Source: Bugula neritina (Eukaryota; Animalia; Bryozoa). From it: 64,000 bases of DNA. Both the position numbers and the translations under genes were made by a program. Below the pieces are notes generated by a model. The model saw nothing but the letters and a program-made list of their open reading frames with translations, made no database searches and was not told the DNA's origin. Each line of letters starts with the position of its first letter. Within the stretch, counting starts at the first letter, position 1. Shown piece after piece: positions 1 through 14,800 of this stretch. The DNA lies in NCBI GenBank assembly GCA_964035545.1, contig OZ037765.1:1116001-1180000 (forward strand), written 5' to 3'.

Positions 1-880
1 ATAATATATATATCCACAAATAATATAAGCTGAGCAACACTGCCAAAGCCAGTCTAGAATAGAGTACCTGCTAGCACTTGTTAAAGTGATAAAACCTAGT
101 TTCTCTGATTGAAAACCAAATTTCCCCCAACCTGGGTTGAACTGCAGGCTGTAATATTTCCATTACACGTGCAAGAGTCACTTGTGCTGTACATCTAGGT
201 CTTACAGGTTTCTCAGTAATATTACGGTCTATAAAGGGATATTCGTTGTATTTTGCTTTAGTATTTATTATATATTTTAGTATTATTTATAAATTTGCAT
301 TTGATAACAGCCTCTGTTTTCAGTCTTGACTCATCCTGTAAGATTTCTGTATCTTTAGGTGCGAAAGCATTACGAAGACAAGAAGAAGCCATGAGGAGTT
401 GTACCCCTCATCACTGATAAAGTTTTCCATATTTTTAATTTAGCGCATCATTAGCAAAACTGTTCTTCCAGAAGTATGTTGTTTCATTTCAGTGTCAAAC
501 TTATCTCAGTGTATTTGTAAGAACATTCATGGAGTTGTCTGTCCTATACAAGCCCACCTATGTGCATAGTGCATTGAACTATCATTATAGTTTCAGTTCA
601 GTGGCATAGTGTAGTATTTGTACTTTATAGCGCAGCAATATCAGAGCAACATTGATTATTTCTGTAAATTCGTTATTTGTTTGTACAATAGTGAAATGGG
701 CAAATAAATGTATAGAAGTTGAATCTTTGAGGCCATTTTATTTTGACCAACAACTGATGGAATAAATGTAACTTAATCTGTGAATAGTATATAACAAACA
801 ATTTGTAACAAAATAATATCATATAAACAAAATATAAATGTATACATAAAAGGCAAACTAAACAGATGAATTTCACGACT

Positions 881-3800
881 TCAATCGTCAAGAGTTGCGA
901 TGGACATGTTCCAGAAGTTAGGAGGCGTTTCCATTGGTTGTTTCACAGCTCTGTGTCTACACACCTCTCCCAGTCTATCCAGTATCTCCTCTTCTGTGAG
1001 GTCCATCGAGCTGTAGTACTGTATCACACAAACATGGGTTTACAGCACAAACACACAGTATGGTACAATAATAGTGGACATGTCTCTAATTATACTCTCA
1101 TAACACTGGACATGTCTCTAACTATACTCTCCTAACACTGGACATGTCTATAACTATTAACTATACTCTCACCTCATAACACTGAGCACATCTGTAACTT
1201 GGCAATTGTTTTCTAGCCTTTCCTCTCACCACCTCTCCAATTTCATATCTATTTTTCTTTTCGGGTAAACTAAAAATAGTGTAATATGCAAGCAATTAAA
1301 CAGCTTTGAAAATGCTAAAATAAATTACCATATATAACATAATGTACTGCAGTAACCCTATTTCAGGTTATGATATATAAAGGGAGACAACTTTTGTTTC
1401 AACAAAAAACTTAGAGCATATAAATATTTTAATTGCAAATATTAATATACATTCAGAGAATCTGTGATTATTTTAGTTGGAAAAAAATTTCCTGTCTTGC
1501 AAACAAAAACTTATAAAAAAAGACTTCTAGCACGGAAAATAGTCTGAAATTTCCCACCAGGTCCTTGACTAGCAGAAGCATACCCCCCTCATATCATAGA
1601 AACACAAATCACAGGCTATCTAAAGATTTAGTAACTCAAACTTTTAGGCCAATTAGAATCTGTGTACCTGTCCAGATGAGTCATGGTTGAGCACCTGTCG
1701 GACACCTTGACTGCTGCCACTCTGTGAGATGTGACAGTTTCAGCTGAAGTGACGTCGGCCACAGGGTTGTTAAATAGACCCAGGTCCATGGCAGTAATAT
1801 CCTCTGCAATACACACCCCTAGGGCTATATTTAATGTTTTCTGGCTACCTTTTTAGTAAGGTTGAAATGTACCGTATAACATATAAGATAGTATTTAGCC
1901 TACAGCCTACTACAGATTGTTATACAACTAGACCTTGCATAGTGTATTCATGTAACATTTCTATTTTCCATATCATGGAATACATTCTCAGATCAACATA
2001 TTATCTTCATGTTGGTTAGACTGAGCTTCCTAGTGTTACAGCAAGTGATGGGTGACTGACAATCTGTCCTACAGGATTAAAATGTATAACTCCACTATTT
2101 AGTAACTAAGCTTTTCCTGCACAAAACTAATCTATACACAAGACTTTTCAGTAGATTTTTTTGGTGATTTTTGTGTTATTAAATTATTTTTAAGTACTAT
2201 CATCAGCAGCTTACCATCTGAGTTAGTGTGAAGAGATTCACGTGTAGTCTGAGTATTCGGTTTAGAGTGCTTATCTACAGTTGAGGGGGGTTTGTTCACA
2301 CCCCGCAGTGTAATGAGTGGCGTAGACTTAGATCTAGACACATGAGCAGATTGCTTAGCTAGATACCCGTCTAGCCTAGTCTGCCTGACCCTCTTCCTTG
2401 GTCTGGGTTCCGTGGCGGGCTCCACACACAACTCCCCCCTACTTGGCGGCTTGGAATAGCCTATGGGCCATGCCACTGCTTTCTTCTACAATATTATATA
2501 TGAAAGTTGTTGAAGGAAAATCAGTTTTATTAGACCACAGTATATCAATTTGTGCTCCCCCCTCCCCCTCCCCCTCCCCCTCCCCTGAGCCTTGTTAGAT
2601 CCAGGTCCTACACGTCCCCTGTCTCATTTCATGGGCGTCTCTCAACCTCACCATATTTAATAAACTCTAATAAAATGAATCTGCCAACTTCTGTGGGAAA
2701 CTGACTATTTTATGTTTATCTTATATCCAATTAAAAGTGAGATGTGAAAAGGTCCAGAGTATTACACAAGTATGGGAAGTATTAGAAGCAGCATTACAGG
2801 GTAAGATAACTCTAGATTATTCAATGTTGTGTTATTTGTATATAGAATTGAATCTCTTCAACAATAACTACTTAGCAATGTATGTACCTGAAAGAAGCAG
2901 AAGGGCTCTCTCTCACCTTAGATGGTTTAGTAACAACCTTTCCATTAGGTTGATTATCAGCTATTGAGCATTGCGTTGTGTCGTCAATTATTCCTTGTGT
3001 GATGTCATCAGGAGCGGGTACTTGTGTGATGTCATCAGGAGCAGGTACTTGTGTGATGTCATCAGGAGCAGGTACTTGTCTGATATCATCAGGAGCAGGT
3101 ACTTGTGTGATGTCATCAGTTAACAAGTTACTTTTACTACTTTTAGAAAAGTATGTAACATCCATATCAAGAGGAATTTGCGTGACGTCATCATCTAAGT
3201 CATCATCATCGAATAATGCAGGTGAAGTAGTCAGGTCAACAGCGACTGAAGGCCTAAGGCTATTCTCAACGCCCAGGTGACCGTCAATACGCCGAGGCCT
3301 GTTAGTTTTGGTACCACTTTTACTTGGAGTAGTGGGGTTAGCGTTCTTTGACAGCAAACAACTTTTACTGCTGCCACGCTGTATTCTCGGTTTTTTAAAC
3401 CCAACAACTGGAGATAGTCTAGTGTCATCTCTCTCCTTACGAGACGGTCTGGTGGTGTCCGTTGGAAGTACATTATGCAATAGATTGGATACTGGGCTAA
3501 GCCAAAATGACTCCTCGTTTTCTATTTCCCCTTTCTGGTGCTCCAAGTCAGTAGGTTCCTTCTGAATAGTTGTTGGAGTTGTCTCATCGGGTTTCTCAAT
3601 TGATGAGTCACAAGAGACTGACAAACTTTCTGGTGAACAATGGGAAGGCGACTCCCAATCATCTGGATCACAAGTTTCAGGCACAATTACCGAGTTTTCA
3701 TCTTCAACTCCCAAGTCAGAATCTCTTTTAGTCTCGGGAATTATTTTATTGATACTTTTACAAACTGCAACTTCTTTTTTATTTTTCTGGACTGAAGTAA

Positions 3801-4890
3801 TCGAACTAACTTTTTCCTTCCGCTGCAAAATTGAAATGTCAAATTATCTTCGATTAGAATTTTATTTTATAAATCACTAAATTAAAATATTAATTCAAAT
3901 TAAAAATTTTAATTTATAATATGATCTATTTTAATTACTAATATAGATTAGCGGCTACTATTTAAATAACTAATTACTATTTAAATTATTATTATTCAAA
4001 TTACTAAGCTTTTAGGCAACCTAATCTTATGCTTCCATAATACAATTAGCAATATCTCACTTTCTTTGAAATGCATGAAGAATTTCCATCTGTAAGTTTC
4101 GGACTGGACCTACAATCAAAGTGTGAATCCAAGATTACCATACAAACTCTATGGAATACAATGTTGCATAGTTAGCTGCAAAATATTGGCTAAATTTCTT
4201 AATGAAATTGAAAAAATTGTTGAAAAATATTGACATACAATCATATTCAAAAAAGAATGACTGTTTAGTCTTCTTCAAATTGTTAGAAACTTACATGAAA
4301 CTCTCAAGTCTGTTGAATAAACCGCACAACTCCAAAACATCTTTCTCAGTCTCTACAAGCATTGATAAAAGCTAAACCAATCATCATTATCACCAGACAA
4401 AATTATATGCTTCCATATTGAATCAAATTATTACTCTGTTTATTAATAATAAAAACCTTTTACCAAAAATATTTCTTCTAAAGTGTATTTATGAATACTA
4501 ACATCTGCTATAACTATCACAATGCATAAAAAAAGGCATGGGGCAGAGGTGTGTGATCAAGCTTAGGTTAATCTTAATCACTATGATATCACTATGATTA
4601 TCATACATCCATAATTCACAGCTCAAACAAACTATTAAACTGTGCTATGTACTACTATTAAGTTCTATTATTAATCATATTCACAATGAATAGAAAAAGA
4701 CAACATGAATTTCAATACAGATATATAATTCAATACATATTATTATATATTTATACTATTTTCTTGTTACTTTACCATTAAGCATACCATTGACATACAA
4801 CATGAACTTTCTGATTTTAGCCTTCCTTTCTTTTAATTTCTTCAACAATCGCTGTGGAAGGGCTATATGCCCACTCACCAATGCTTCCAT
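881..4890 (-). CDS. RBBP8: CtIP / Sae2 / Ctp1-family DNA end-resection factor (8 coding exons)
   Basis: Exons approx. 4788-4890, 4295-4352, 4060-4109, 2917-3822, 2215-2485, 1668-1817, 1173-1269, 881-1018 splice in frame via GT-AG. The C-terminus EVVRGKARKQLPSYRCAQCYE/YYSSM...VCRHRAVKQPMETPPNFWNM* has the CxxC, RHR and TP-x-x-FW (CDK site) signatures of the Sae2/CtIP domain. PIP-box-like QTRLDGYL; short N-terminal coiled coil. Confidence 0.88.
2975..3120 (-). repeat. 27-bp coding tandem repeat (DDITQVPAP) within CtIP exon 4
   Basis: Unit gtgatgtcatcaggagcaggtacttgt repeated about 4.5 times in frame. Confidence 0.95.
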
Positions 4891-7800
4891 AGCCACTACA
4901 ATCACAAAATATGTTATTACCTAAGGCTAATGTAAATGTTGCATTAAAAAATAATGTAATAATCAAAGTTAATACAAATATTATAAGTATTATTAGAACT
5001 GTAGTAATTATATTATACCAATAGTTATAGCAATCGCCATACCTATACTTATAGTAATACTAATTCTACCCTTGAAGTTGAAAGTAAACAAACTGAAACT
5101 GATTCTCACAGTCACGTTCACTGAACGTGACTGTGACTGTGAAACTGAACGGTTAAGTTTCATTCTGAATCTCAGTTTTAGGGCTATTTTAATTCAGTAA
5201 TTCTACATTTTAAAATGAACTAAGTAGATATTAAGGCTTTAAGTTTAGGTCTACTGGCACTTAATTAATTAAAACTTACAGTTATATTTCAATAGCTGTG
5301 GCTATAAAGTTAAACTAAGGCTTCGGTAAAAGTAAAACTGGAAGTGAAACTAAATATCGATATACAGTAAGTTTGAAAGTTCTATAAACAATAAAACACG
5401 CGAGTCATAGTACTATAAAGAGTTGAGAAGTGATCATACCTGTTGCCGTTAAGTATGCGCTATAATAATAATAATATGTTAGATAAAAAGCCACTAGAAG
5501 CAGCACCCAGTTAATAATCACTGAGTGCAACAGGTAAAGTTACGCTTATTATGGATTGTAGTTTGAGATTTAGTCGAAGATGTTTATACAATTACTGTCC
5601 TCGGTCAACCCCAATTTGATGCTGTTTCTAGCAGCTTTCAAGTAAAAATGTGAAAATGTAACCTCGGATCCTAAACTTTTGCTTTTTAGTTGCGAAGCTT
5701 TAATGCAAAAACCCACTGAATTGGAATACATATACTGGTAAAAACTCTATGTACATCAGGTGGGTTGACAACTAATTAACAGCACCATTGAGGAAGTCCA
5801 AGCAAAAGCTATGCTACTGCTATGCGTAATGATCACCGTGCACTTGCAGCAAGATCACCTTAAGGCTTAGCTGTGAGTTTGCACGCTCACATGATCACAG
5901 GAGAAAAACTAGTTCTCACATTCAAAAGTGCTATTGGAATGTGGTGAGTTGTTTCACTTTCAGCTTCATTTTCTATTGTAATTGTTACTCGAAGTGTAAT
6001 TGTGCGACAATCATGTATCAAAATAGTGAGACTCAGACTGAGAATCAGAATGAAAACAAAATTCAGTGTTGGGTAGAACTATAGCTGAGTATTGTATAAC
6101 TCTATAAGTTAAAGTATAACTCTATAAGTATAACTATAAGTTTTTTTCCTATCATACTCGGTGTCAGAGTTACTCTGACTATGAGTATGAGTAACCTATC
6201 ACTCCATCAGCACCAGTTCAACTATGAGTACCACTTTCACTATGAGTATGACAATGACTATGACTGCAAGTAGTCAATTATATAACTATTTGTCTGAGTC
6301 TGACTATCACTATGACTATTGTTTATTAGTAATACTAATAGTAATAGTATAAGTTTAACTTTAAAGTTCTTTAAGTTTATTAGTATAAGTTACAAGTATT
6401 GCTATCAGACACCAGTATTAAAATTTAAATTGACATTTACTTTTACTTTTAGTGAATTTACTCCAACTATAAGTATAACTGAATCCATATAATATAGCCT
6501 GAATTTTAATTACTATAACTTAAACTACACATTCTACAACTACATCCACTACTACTAGTTCTATAGTTATAGTAATAGACTAATACTACCACTAATAGTA
6601 ATAGAAGCTTCCCAGTTAGAATCTAGGCTAAATTTCCCACTGCCACTTCCCACTTGAACACTTCCCAGTTAGACGCTGTTTTTTATTTTGGTACTATGTA
6701 ATTATATAGTAATATACCTATATATGCCTATGTAGCTGTTGCATTGATTGATAAATAACTAAAACGCTTATAGCTACAATAGCTAACATGAATTATCTGG
6801 AATAATATTTTAATTTTCATAGATTTGTGTAGGAGAAAAACAGTGATATAATAATAATAAACATTATCATTAATTAATGAATGCTCATTAACAAAACATC
6901 TGTTCAGACAAGAAGCAAAAAATATGTAAAATTAATATGTTTATTTATGTGCTCAATACGTGCTTTATTTAAATAATATTCAAATAAACTGCACATAAAA
7001 TATATATTGTACCAATATAAATAAATAACATTCATCTGGAATGGCACCAGTAATACTACTAATTTGCTAACGATACCACTACTGTAGTAGTATTACTATT
7101 AGTAGTACTACTATTACTATTGGTACTAACCTACATCAATTCAGTGTTAGTCTATTACTAATCGAGTGGTGGTACTGCTAATGAAACTATTGCCTATTAG
7201 TTGCAAGAAGTTAAGTTGGGGTAACTAAACTTTACAAATTTATAAATTGGTAATATTATTATAATAGTCTAAGGGCAATGGTCATGATTCTGATAGGTAT
7301 AAAAATAATTATAATAAATCTTGGTTTAGATAAATTGTACTTTTAGTTTGAAGGTCAACCCTAAAATGAAAATAGTAGTATTATTCTTAAAACTTATAAA
7401 GGTAGCAAGCAGCTTGCTCAAACTTAGTAGTTGAAGAATTTTTACTTATAATGGTAGCTATATTAATATAAATATTATAATCATAAATAACTTACAATCA
7501 TTGTAATGATCATGGTTTTTGTTTTGCTTTGAGTCTGATAATAATGCTTATTAATTGCAATTTGACGAATATTATAATTAATTGTTGACTACTACAAGTT
7601 CAAAAGGATTAAAAGTAACTTGAAACTATGTAACATTAATGCTAATTGTAATTTTGATATCAAAATGATGTTTTTCAACTTAGTTACCCACTTCTCAAAA
7701 TAGTGATAAGTTTTTATAATAATTTTCTATTTATTGGCAGTCAAATAAATTTGTATTTGCAGCATTAATTCCAATACTCAATACATGTTGTATTTCATCC

Positions 7801-8846
7801 GTCAATTATGTGCATAATCCTGGGGAAATGCTAATAATACAGCAAGCATTTTGCAGTATGAGTTTGTTTTTATGAATTCATCTTTGACTTAATGAATGTG
7901 AAAGTTTCTACTAAACATTGAATCTGATAAACCTTACCTGTATTACAAGGCAGTATAACTCTAACATTTAGTTGTATACAAAAAATGTGTACAATAGTAA
8001 TGTGTTTTTTATTTCTGATTCAATTACAAAGTTGCAACAATGCATATTATCCTATCTGTGGTCTATTTATTATCGCTTATTACCATAATCAGGCACTTCA
8101 TACCTTAACTGCTACTATCGTGTTTAAAAACTAATCAGGATAAGATAGTTGGGGGCAGATAACAATTATCACAGTGATTATAACAAATGGAACTGTGGGA
8201 AATAACGCTGACGTGAATAAAGGTACATGATTTGAGGAGATTTTCTGTAAGAGAAACCTAAAAGACTTTTTGCCTGTTGATTTTGTACAAATCAGCACCT
8301 ACTAATTGCCAAGGGAACATATAACACACATTGTGGGGGATTTTGTGCAGTCATCAATGCAGTATATTGTGTATTAGAGACATATATAAGCTAGTATTGC
8401 ACTGTAAGGCATACTTAGAGGCACAATAGCTATTCAGTTCACTATCACACTCACTACTTCAACCTTATCACTCCCTACATACATTCACATCTGGCGTTTG
8501 TACACATGTGTCTAGCATTTGAGGTCTACATCAGCTAACTGACGTGTGGGGGGTTTTATACGGTACTTAGCCTCTTATCTTTCTACATTTGTTTGTTTCA
8601 AGTGTTGAATATTCTTACTGCTAGTAAGATAGCTCTAGTGGTAATAAGGAAGTTTGATATCACTACTGTAACTCATACAGGAACTCCTAACAGTGTGTAA
8701 CAGTAACTTGTAGAACAGCATGACTCTGAATATTTCACTTTGACAGGAAATGATTTATAAGTAGCTATGCCTTGTGACACATTTGTGAGTCCATCTTTTG
8801 TTTACCTACAGAGTAGAGTCAGCTGACGAAGTGCTGACTGACAGCC

Positions 8847-11800
8847 ATGGATTTGAACCAATATCTACAGAACTTTCTAGATCATTACAACCATCTGATC
8901 AGCAGTGGGGACGACTGCGAACTGACTGCGGAGTTTAAGGTGAGACACTCCAGTTTTCAAGGTTCAGTAAAACACTCACTTCTGTTCAACATTCTCATAC
9001 AGACGAAAGCTCGGTTTTAATTAGAAGTAAGTCTTAACTTAAATGAAATCACTAAAACTAAGAGTTTGCTAGCACTACTAGGAGCTTTAAGCCACCACCT
9101 TACGCTTAGATAATGGAATTAGTAACCAGCTCCTGCAGACAGCTGCCTGTTAGGATCTCTGGAATCACGGCAGCAGGTGTGTTTCTGTAGGAATAGTGAG
9201 TCATAGCGTTTACCTTTGCTGTCAGTAAAGTCATCAACTATCAGTGATGTTATTATATTACTATTATTCCTGAAATATCCCGGTGTTGCTATATTCAGTA
9301 GCATGACTCATCACATCACAACAGCCGTCTGCTATACTCTGTGTGATGTGTCATAACATGCTATTGGTTGTTGTATGATGTGCTGTGATGTATCATGACA
9401 TGCTATTGGTTATTTGCAGACACTAAAAGATGGTGGAACAGAGATTGTGTCCAACACGCAGGATTATCCCCGCACAGTTGGCAGTACCGCAGCAAATAGA
9501 TGTAAGAACAGATACAAGGACATTATTCCATGTAAGTATGGTATTGTCAACTTTGCTGTTAGCTACGGTAATGTAGATTTTTGTTTGGCTTCGACTTATA
9601 ATTTCTGGTTTGGAGTTTGGCTTGGAATGTGAGTTCTTTGGTTGATGTCTGACAATTTGTCAGGCTAAAAACTTTGGCTATAGCCAGAACTGTACACAGA
9701 ACCTGCATTTCTGCTCCACCTATAACTTTATCTGCTGTTGAAACATGCTAGTGTTGCTCTATTATACAAAGAGTTATAAACATCTAATCTAGTTGCTTGG
9801 GCTCTGTGATGCTATTGTGTTTATATCCTAATGAAATTGGTTTCTCTTCCTGATGGAAATAGCCAGTAGTAATACTTCCTCAAGGTTGGCTAAAGGTCAA
9901 CCAGTGTTTCTTGTATCCTGTATGGGATTTTGTCAGCTTTCAATTCAGTTGAACTTTAAATAACTTGTTTACTAACATTTTATCAATAATGTTTTCTTGT
10001 TTGAAGTATATTATATTCCATCATGCAAGTAAATGAAGATATTATATTGTTGTTTACAATGTCTATGCTCATATGACATTGTTACAATATCTGTTTTACA
10101 GTGTCAGAGTAATACAGTATTACAGTAATATTATATTGCTATATTACCATATTATGGTATCAGAGTAGTTGAAAGGTGAATTCATGTGACTATTTCTTAC
10201 AGTTGATGCAACGAGAGTCAAGCTGAAGCCACTCGGAGATTCTGATTACATCAACGCCAACTATATAAGGGTACACTTTCTAGAACCTTCTGTATATCTT
10301 TCCAGAACCTTCTACATCCCTTTCTAGTAACTTCTACATCCCTTTCTAGAACCTTCTACATCCCTTTCTAGTAACTTCTACATCTCTTTCTAGTAACTTC
10401 TACATCCCTTTCTAGTAACTTCTACATCCCTTTGTAGTAACTTCTACATCCCTTTCTAGAACCTTCTACATCCCTTTCTAGTAACTTCTACATCCCTTTC
10501 TAGTAACTTCTACATCCCTTTTTAGTAACTTCTGTATTTCTGTCCACAAAGAGCTCTAGCAGTGGCTGACATAAGTTGTTAATTGTAATATTTATAAACA
10601 TTGAAAGGCTTTAGCACCAGACAACCAATTTTTGAGTAAAATTCTAAAATTACAAATGTCCAAGTTATTAATAACTTAAGTCACTGAAAACTGGTTTTTA
10701 TTAGTTACTAATGATTTTTTACACTAATTCTATGAATAGTTGAAAACTTGACTACAAATTTCGAATGCTGTTTTTACGACTAAGGTTTCATCACGTACAA
10801 TTGTTGAGTTATGTAAGACATGCTTTACTAGCTGTAACTCTTCATATACTCTACATAACACCATAGTATATCTATTCACATAGGTTATACAGTATCTCAC
10901 TCTCTGTCAGTTGTAACAATTATGTAAGAGCTCCCTTTGTTATCTGATCTGTATTCACTGCCAATAGAAACATCAATAGCTTGCTGTTCTTTGTTAATCT
11001 CAAAGATAAACTGTTTATCACCAACATACACTGCCTGGTGTGAGATTATTTGTACTGTGTACTGTGTCTGTTTTTGCTAACGTATACAGGAAAATTTTCC
11101 TTAGTTTGAAACTTACTGAATCTGTTTGGGGCAAAGTATACACATTAAGGCAGTAATAATTACATATTATAGGAGGTTTTCATGAGCTCTTTACGTGGAA
11201 TTTAGTAATACTCAAATAATGCAATTTTTAGTATTTATTTTAGTTTAAATTTTTTTTCTCAAATACTTTGTTTGGAGTCATCAAGTTTCAACTTTTATAA
11301 ATATTTGAAGATGTCGAGTGGCAGGGGTTCGGGGTTTGGGTTTTAGTATAGCTCAGTATAGTTGAATGTGGACACAACTCTGAATCTACTTACATTCTGA
11401 ATGTAGCTCCCTAACACATGCTGTTGTTTGCTTACTTAAGGATCGGTCTATAGCCCAGCCCCCCCCCCCCCCACTACTAATAGTTTCAAAGTCCTCACAT
11501 GATTGTTGTAGGGTATCCATGGTAACAAAGCATACATAGCTTCCCAGGCCCCTCTACCTCACACTGTGAACGACTTCTGGCGGATGATTTGGCAGACAGG
11601 GGTGAAGGTCGTTCTCATGGCGTGTAACGAGTATGAAGGAAGGAAGGTTTGTCTCTTATTGCTCTCTTGTAAGATAAACTTAAATTCTTCTAGCATATTC
11701 TTCTAGCAGAAGCTTCTTCTCCACTGAGTGGTGAGAGGAGACAATCACACTCTGCTGAACAAGTGATGGTAGACCATGACTCACACACTGTATCACCAGA

Positions 11801-14800
11801 TATGTTGTCAATATTTTAGCTCAAGTGTACCAGATACTGGCCAGAGGATGATCAGGACATGCAGTTGGGAGATATATGTGTGATTCTAGTGAGTGAATTA
11901 TTCTACTAGGCTTCCTGAGGTTATGTAATGTGTCACCAATATACACTCAGCTGATGTAGTGCGTATTATTCAGTTGATTTGTACAATGCAAGTGTCATGT
12001 TATATGTGTCATCTGTTACCTGTCAACTACCTATCAGCTAGTGTCAACTATGTATGTAAACTGTGCGTCTGCAATGTCTCACCTACATGTCTGCTATGTG
12101 TCAGCTAGTAGCACCTACATGTCAGCTAGTGTCACCTACATGTCAGCTATGTGTCAACCATGTGTCAGCTAGGTGTCAGCTATACGTCAATTACTATCAT
12201 TGGATTTTAATACCAACAGCTTCAATAAAAACCCGTCACCACATTTGTCAATAAGAAAAGCCACTGACCAATAATCTGTCAGATTAGCTACACATTTACT
12301 AGTGGTTCCTATTTATACATTTATGTTGGGGTTAGCTGATTTGTGAATAAGCAAACAATTATAGCAGCTTCAAAGTCGCATGATTGGTGCAGTTGTGGCT
12401 GTAAATTTAGGAAGGGAGAAAGTGTGGGGCAGAAAGTGTGGGTACATCCAAGTTTAGTGGCTCTGATGTATGGAAAGCCAGGGATGATTTCACCTCATTG
12501 TCTGATATTCCACCTGATTCACTGCACCAGGGAGGACAACTCCTTCTTATAATATAATACTAGTAGCTCTAAGATACAACTAAACAACAGAATGATGTTA
12601 CCCTCTAGAAATCCCTGGATGTGAAGGACGGAGGAGACTTGCTGGTGCGGAGGTTGCAGGTGGACAAAGGGGCCGAGAGTCGCACCGTCATGCAGTACCA
12701 CTACACGGCCTGGCCGGACCACGGCATCCCCTCCAATATGGTGCCGATACTAGACATGCTGGCCAGTGCCCGGGCCTACCAGCCTACTGATGACATCCCG
12801 GTGGTGGTGCATTGCAGGTGGGACATTCGGGAAACATGGGGTTTAGGGTTGGCTTAGTCAGCCTCAGGCCTATGTATTTCACCCAGCATAGTGTTTATAT
12901 ACTGAGATATAATCTACAATGTGGGGAGATGAGAATGTTATGAGATACCATAAAGCTGGTCATCTTCATACGTTAGTTTCATTCTAACATATCGTGTATG
13001 TTTCCTATGCACGGTTGTAAATCTTTATATAAAGTAAGCTCTTTGGTGTTTAGAGGTTAAATAGAGAGAGAGACTGTATTACTATGCATGCTTCATGATA
13101 ACTATTGTATAATTAATATAAATATTATATAGCTCATACATGCTGTAAGATTATATTATATTACATATTATGCTGCTTGTTGTATCATGCATACTATATG
13201 AACTTTTGTATACTTCGCATAACCTAAATATTTTAGCTAGAAGTTTGTGCTAGCAGCTTATTCATACTGTGTTTATTTATATACTGTAGTAACATGTGTC
13301 ATACTGTGGTGACATGCGTCATACTGTGGTAACATGTGTCATACTGTGGTAACATGTGTTATACTGTAGTAACATGTGTTATACTGTAGTAACATGCGCT
13401 ATACTGTGGTAACATGTTTTATACTGTAGTAACATGTGTTATACTGTAGTAACATGTGTTATATTGTAGTGCTGGCTGCGGGCGTACCGGAACTCTAATA
13501 GCTGTAGATTACGTGTGGAATTTACTAAAATATAACAAAGTTAAAGAAGATGTCAATGTGCTAAAAATACTTCTGGAAATGAGGAAACAGAGACAATCCC
13601 TGGTTCAGACTTCAGTAGGTTACTAGAGCGGACAACTCCAGTAGGTCACTAATAGGGCAGACAACTCCAGTAGGTCACTAACTCAGTAATAAAGGAGAAC
13701 TAGCAATTAGCCTGCTGGTGTGATAGCAATCAAAACCGGTTAAAATAATGCTACCGTTAGAATATAGATAGTTAATTAGATACAACTCATTGAAGCTACT
13801 GTGAAGCTTTTTTAAAGGGTGCCAATTGTTTTTGGAGTTACCTTCTCCTTTTGTAACCTGACTAAATTCAGCTGCAGATCTCTTGTTGGATTTTAGTGAT
13901 TATATTTACCTCTTTTCTCAAGTTTCAATTTACTAGCTGAGTATAAATCTGTGTGTAGAATAAAGTGACTTCAACAGTAGGCACTGTGGCTGTTGGGGAT
14001 GTTGAAGATTTACTTACTAGTGTTTGGTCAACAGAAGTGAGAGAATTGTTAGGGGTTTGTGTAGTGCTGAAATACATTTGAATATTTCTATCTAGTTAGT
14101 GTTTTAGGACCAATATGAAGTTGTGTATCGGGCTGTAATCGAGTTATTCCAACGGCAAATCCAAGCGGACCAGAACATGTACGTCAACATTTCTGTAGAG
14201 GAACTAAAAGCGAAGAAGGATAAATTCAGACAGGTCAGTGGTTTGACCGTTGAAATAGCTATACCTGACCTTGACATTAATATTGTGAAGGTCACGTGTT
14301 TCTGTATTCTATAGTCTATAAAGAAGAGCGCAGATTGTGCCGAGGAAATACTCAGTTCTCTCTCAATACCCGAGCCCTCAAAACAGAACCCTGGTCGGGA
14401 CGCGCCTAGGCCAGCCCTACTCGCGGTATCAAAGGACTCTAAAACTCTGGCTAGGACAGCATCTGGTCCCTCGGCACAGGGCAGTGAGGGAAGGAGGTAT
14501 AGAGGTGCCGAGTATGTAAACACCGCTGTGACTGGTCGGTTTAATTCTCCCAACTCGAGCAATCAGTCTGCCACTTCCTCCATAGCCAAAGTTTCCCGGC
14601 CAGACTCTCTTCAAACTGAGAAGCCGCCGACCACCCCGCCCCCTTCTGCTAAGGTCCATTCAGCGACTATCGCCCTCGGCAGCTCTCCTGAGCCTAAGGA
14701 AGTGAAGTCACCCGAAGCAGCTCAGAAACCGGTGAACTCGAAGCCACCCGTGCCCAAAGTCAAGCCTGGCGCGGGATCCCGACTCTCACTAAGTCGTCAA

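Noticed and set aside
359-420. Possible last exon of an upstream plus-strand gene (tttag/GTGCGAAAG…)
   Set aside because: Too short, frame ambiguous, and no recognisable homology
2557-2585. (GGGGGA)n G-quadruplex in a CtIP intron
   Set aside because: Short simple repeat with no evidence of function
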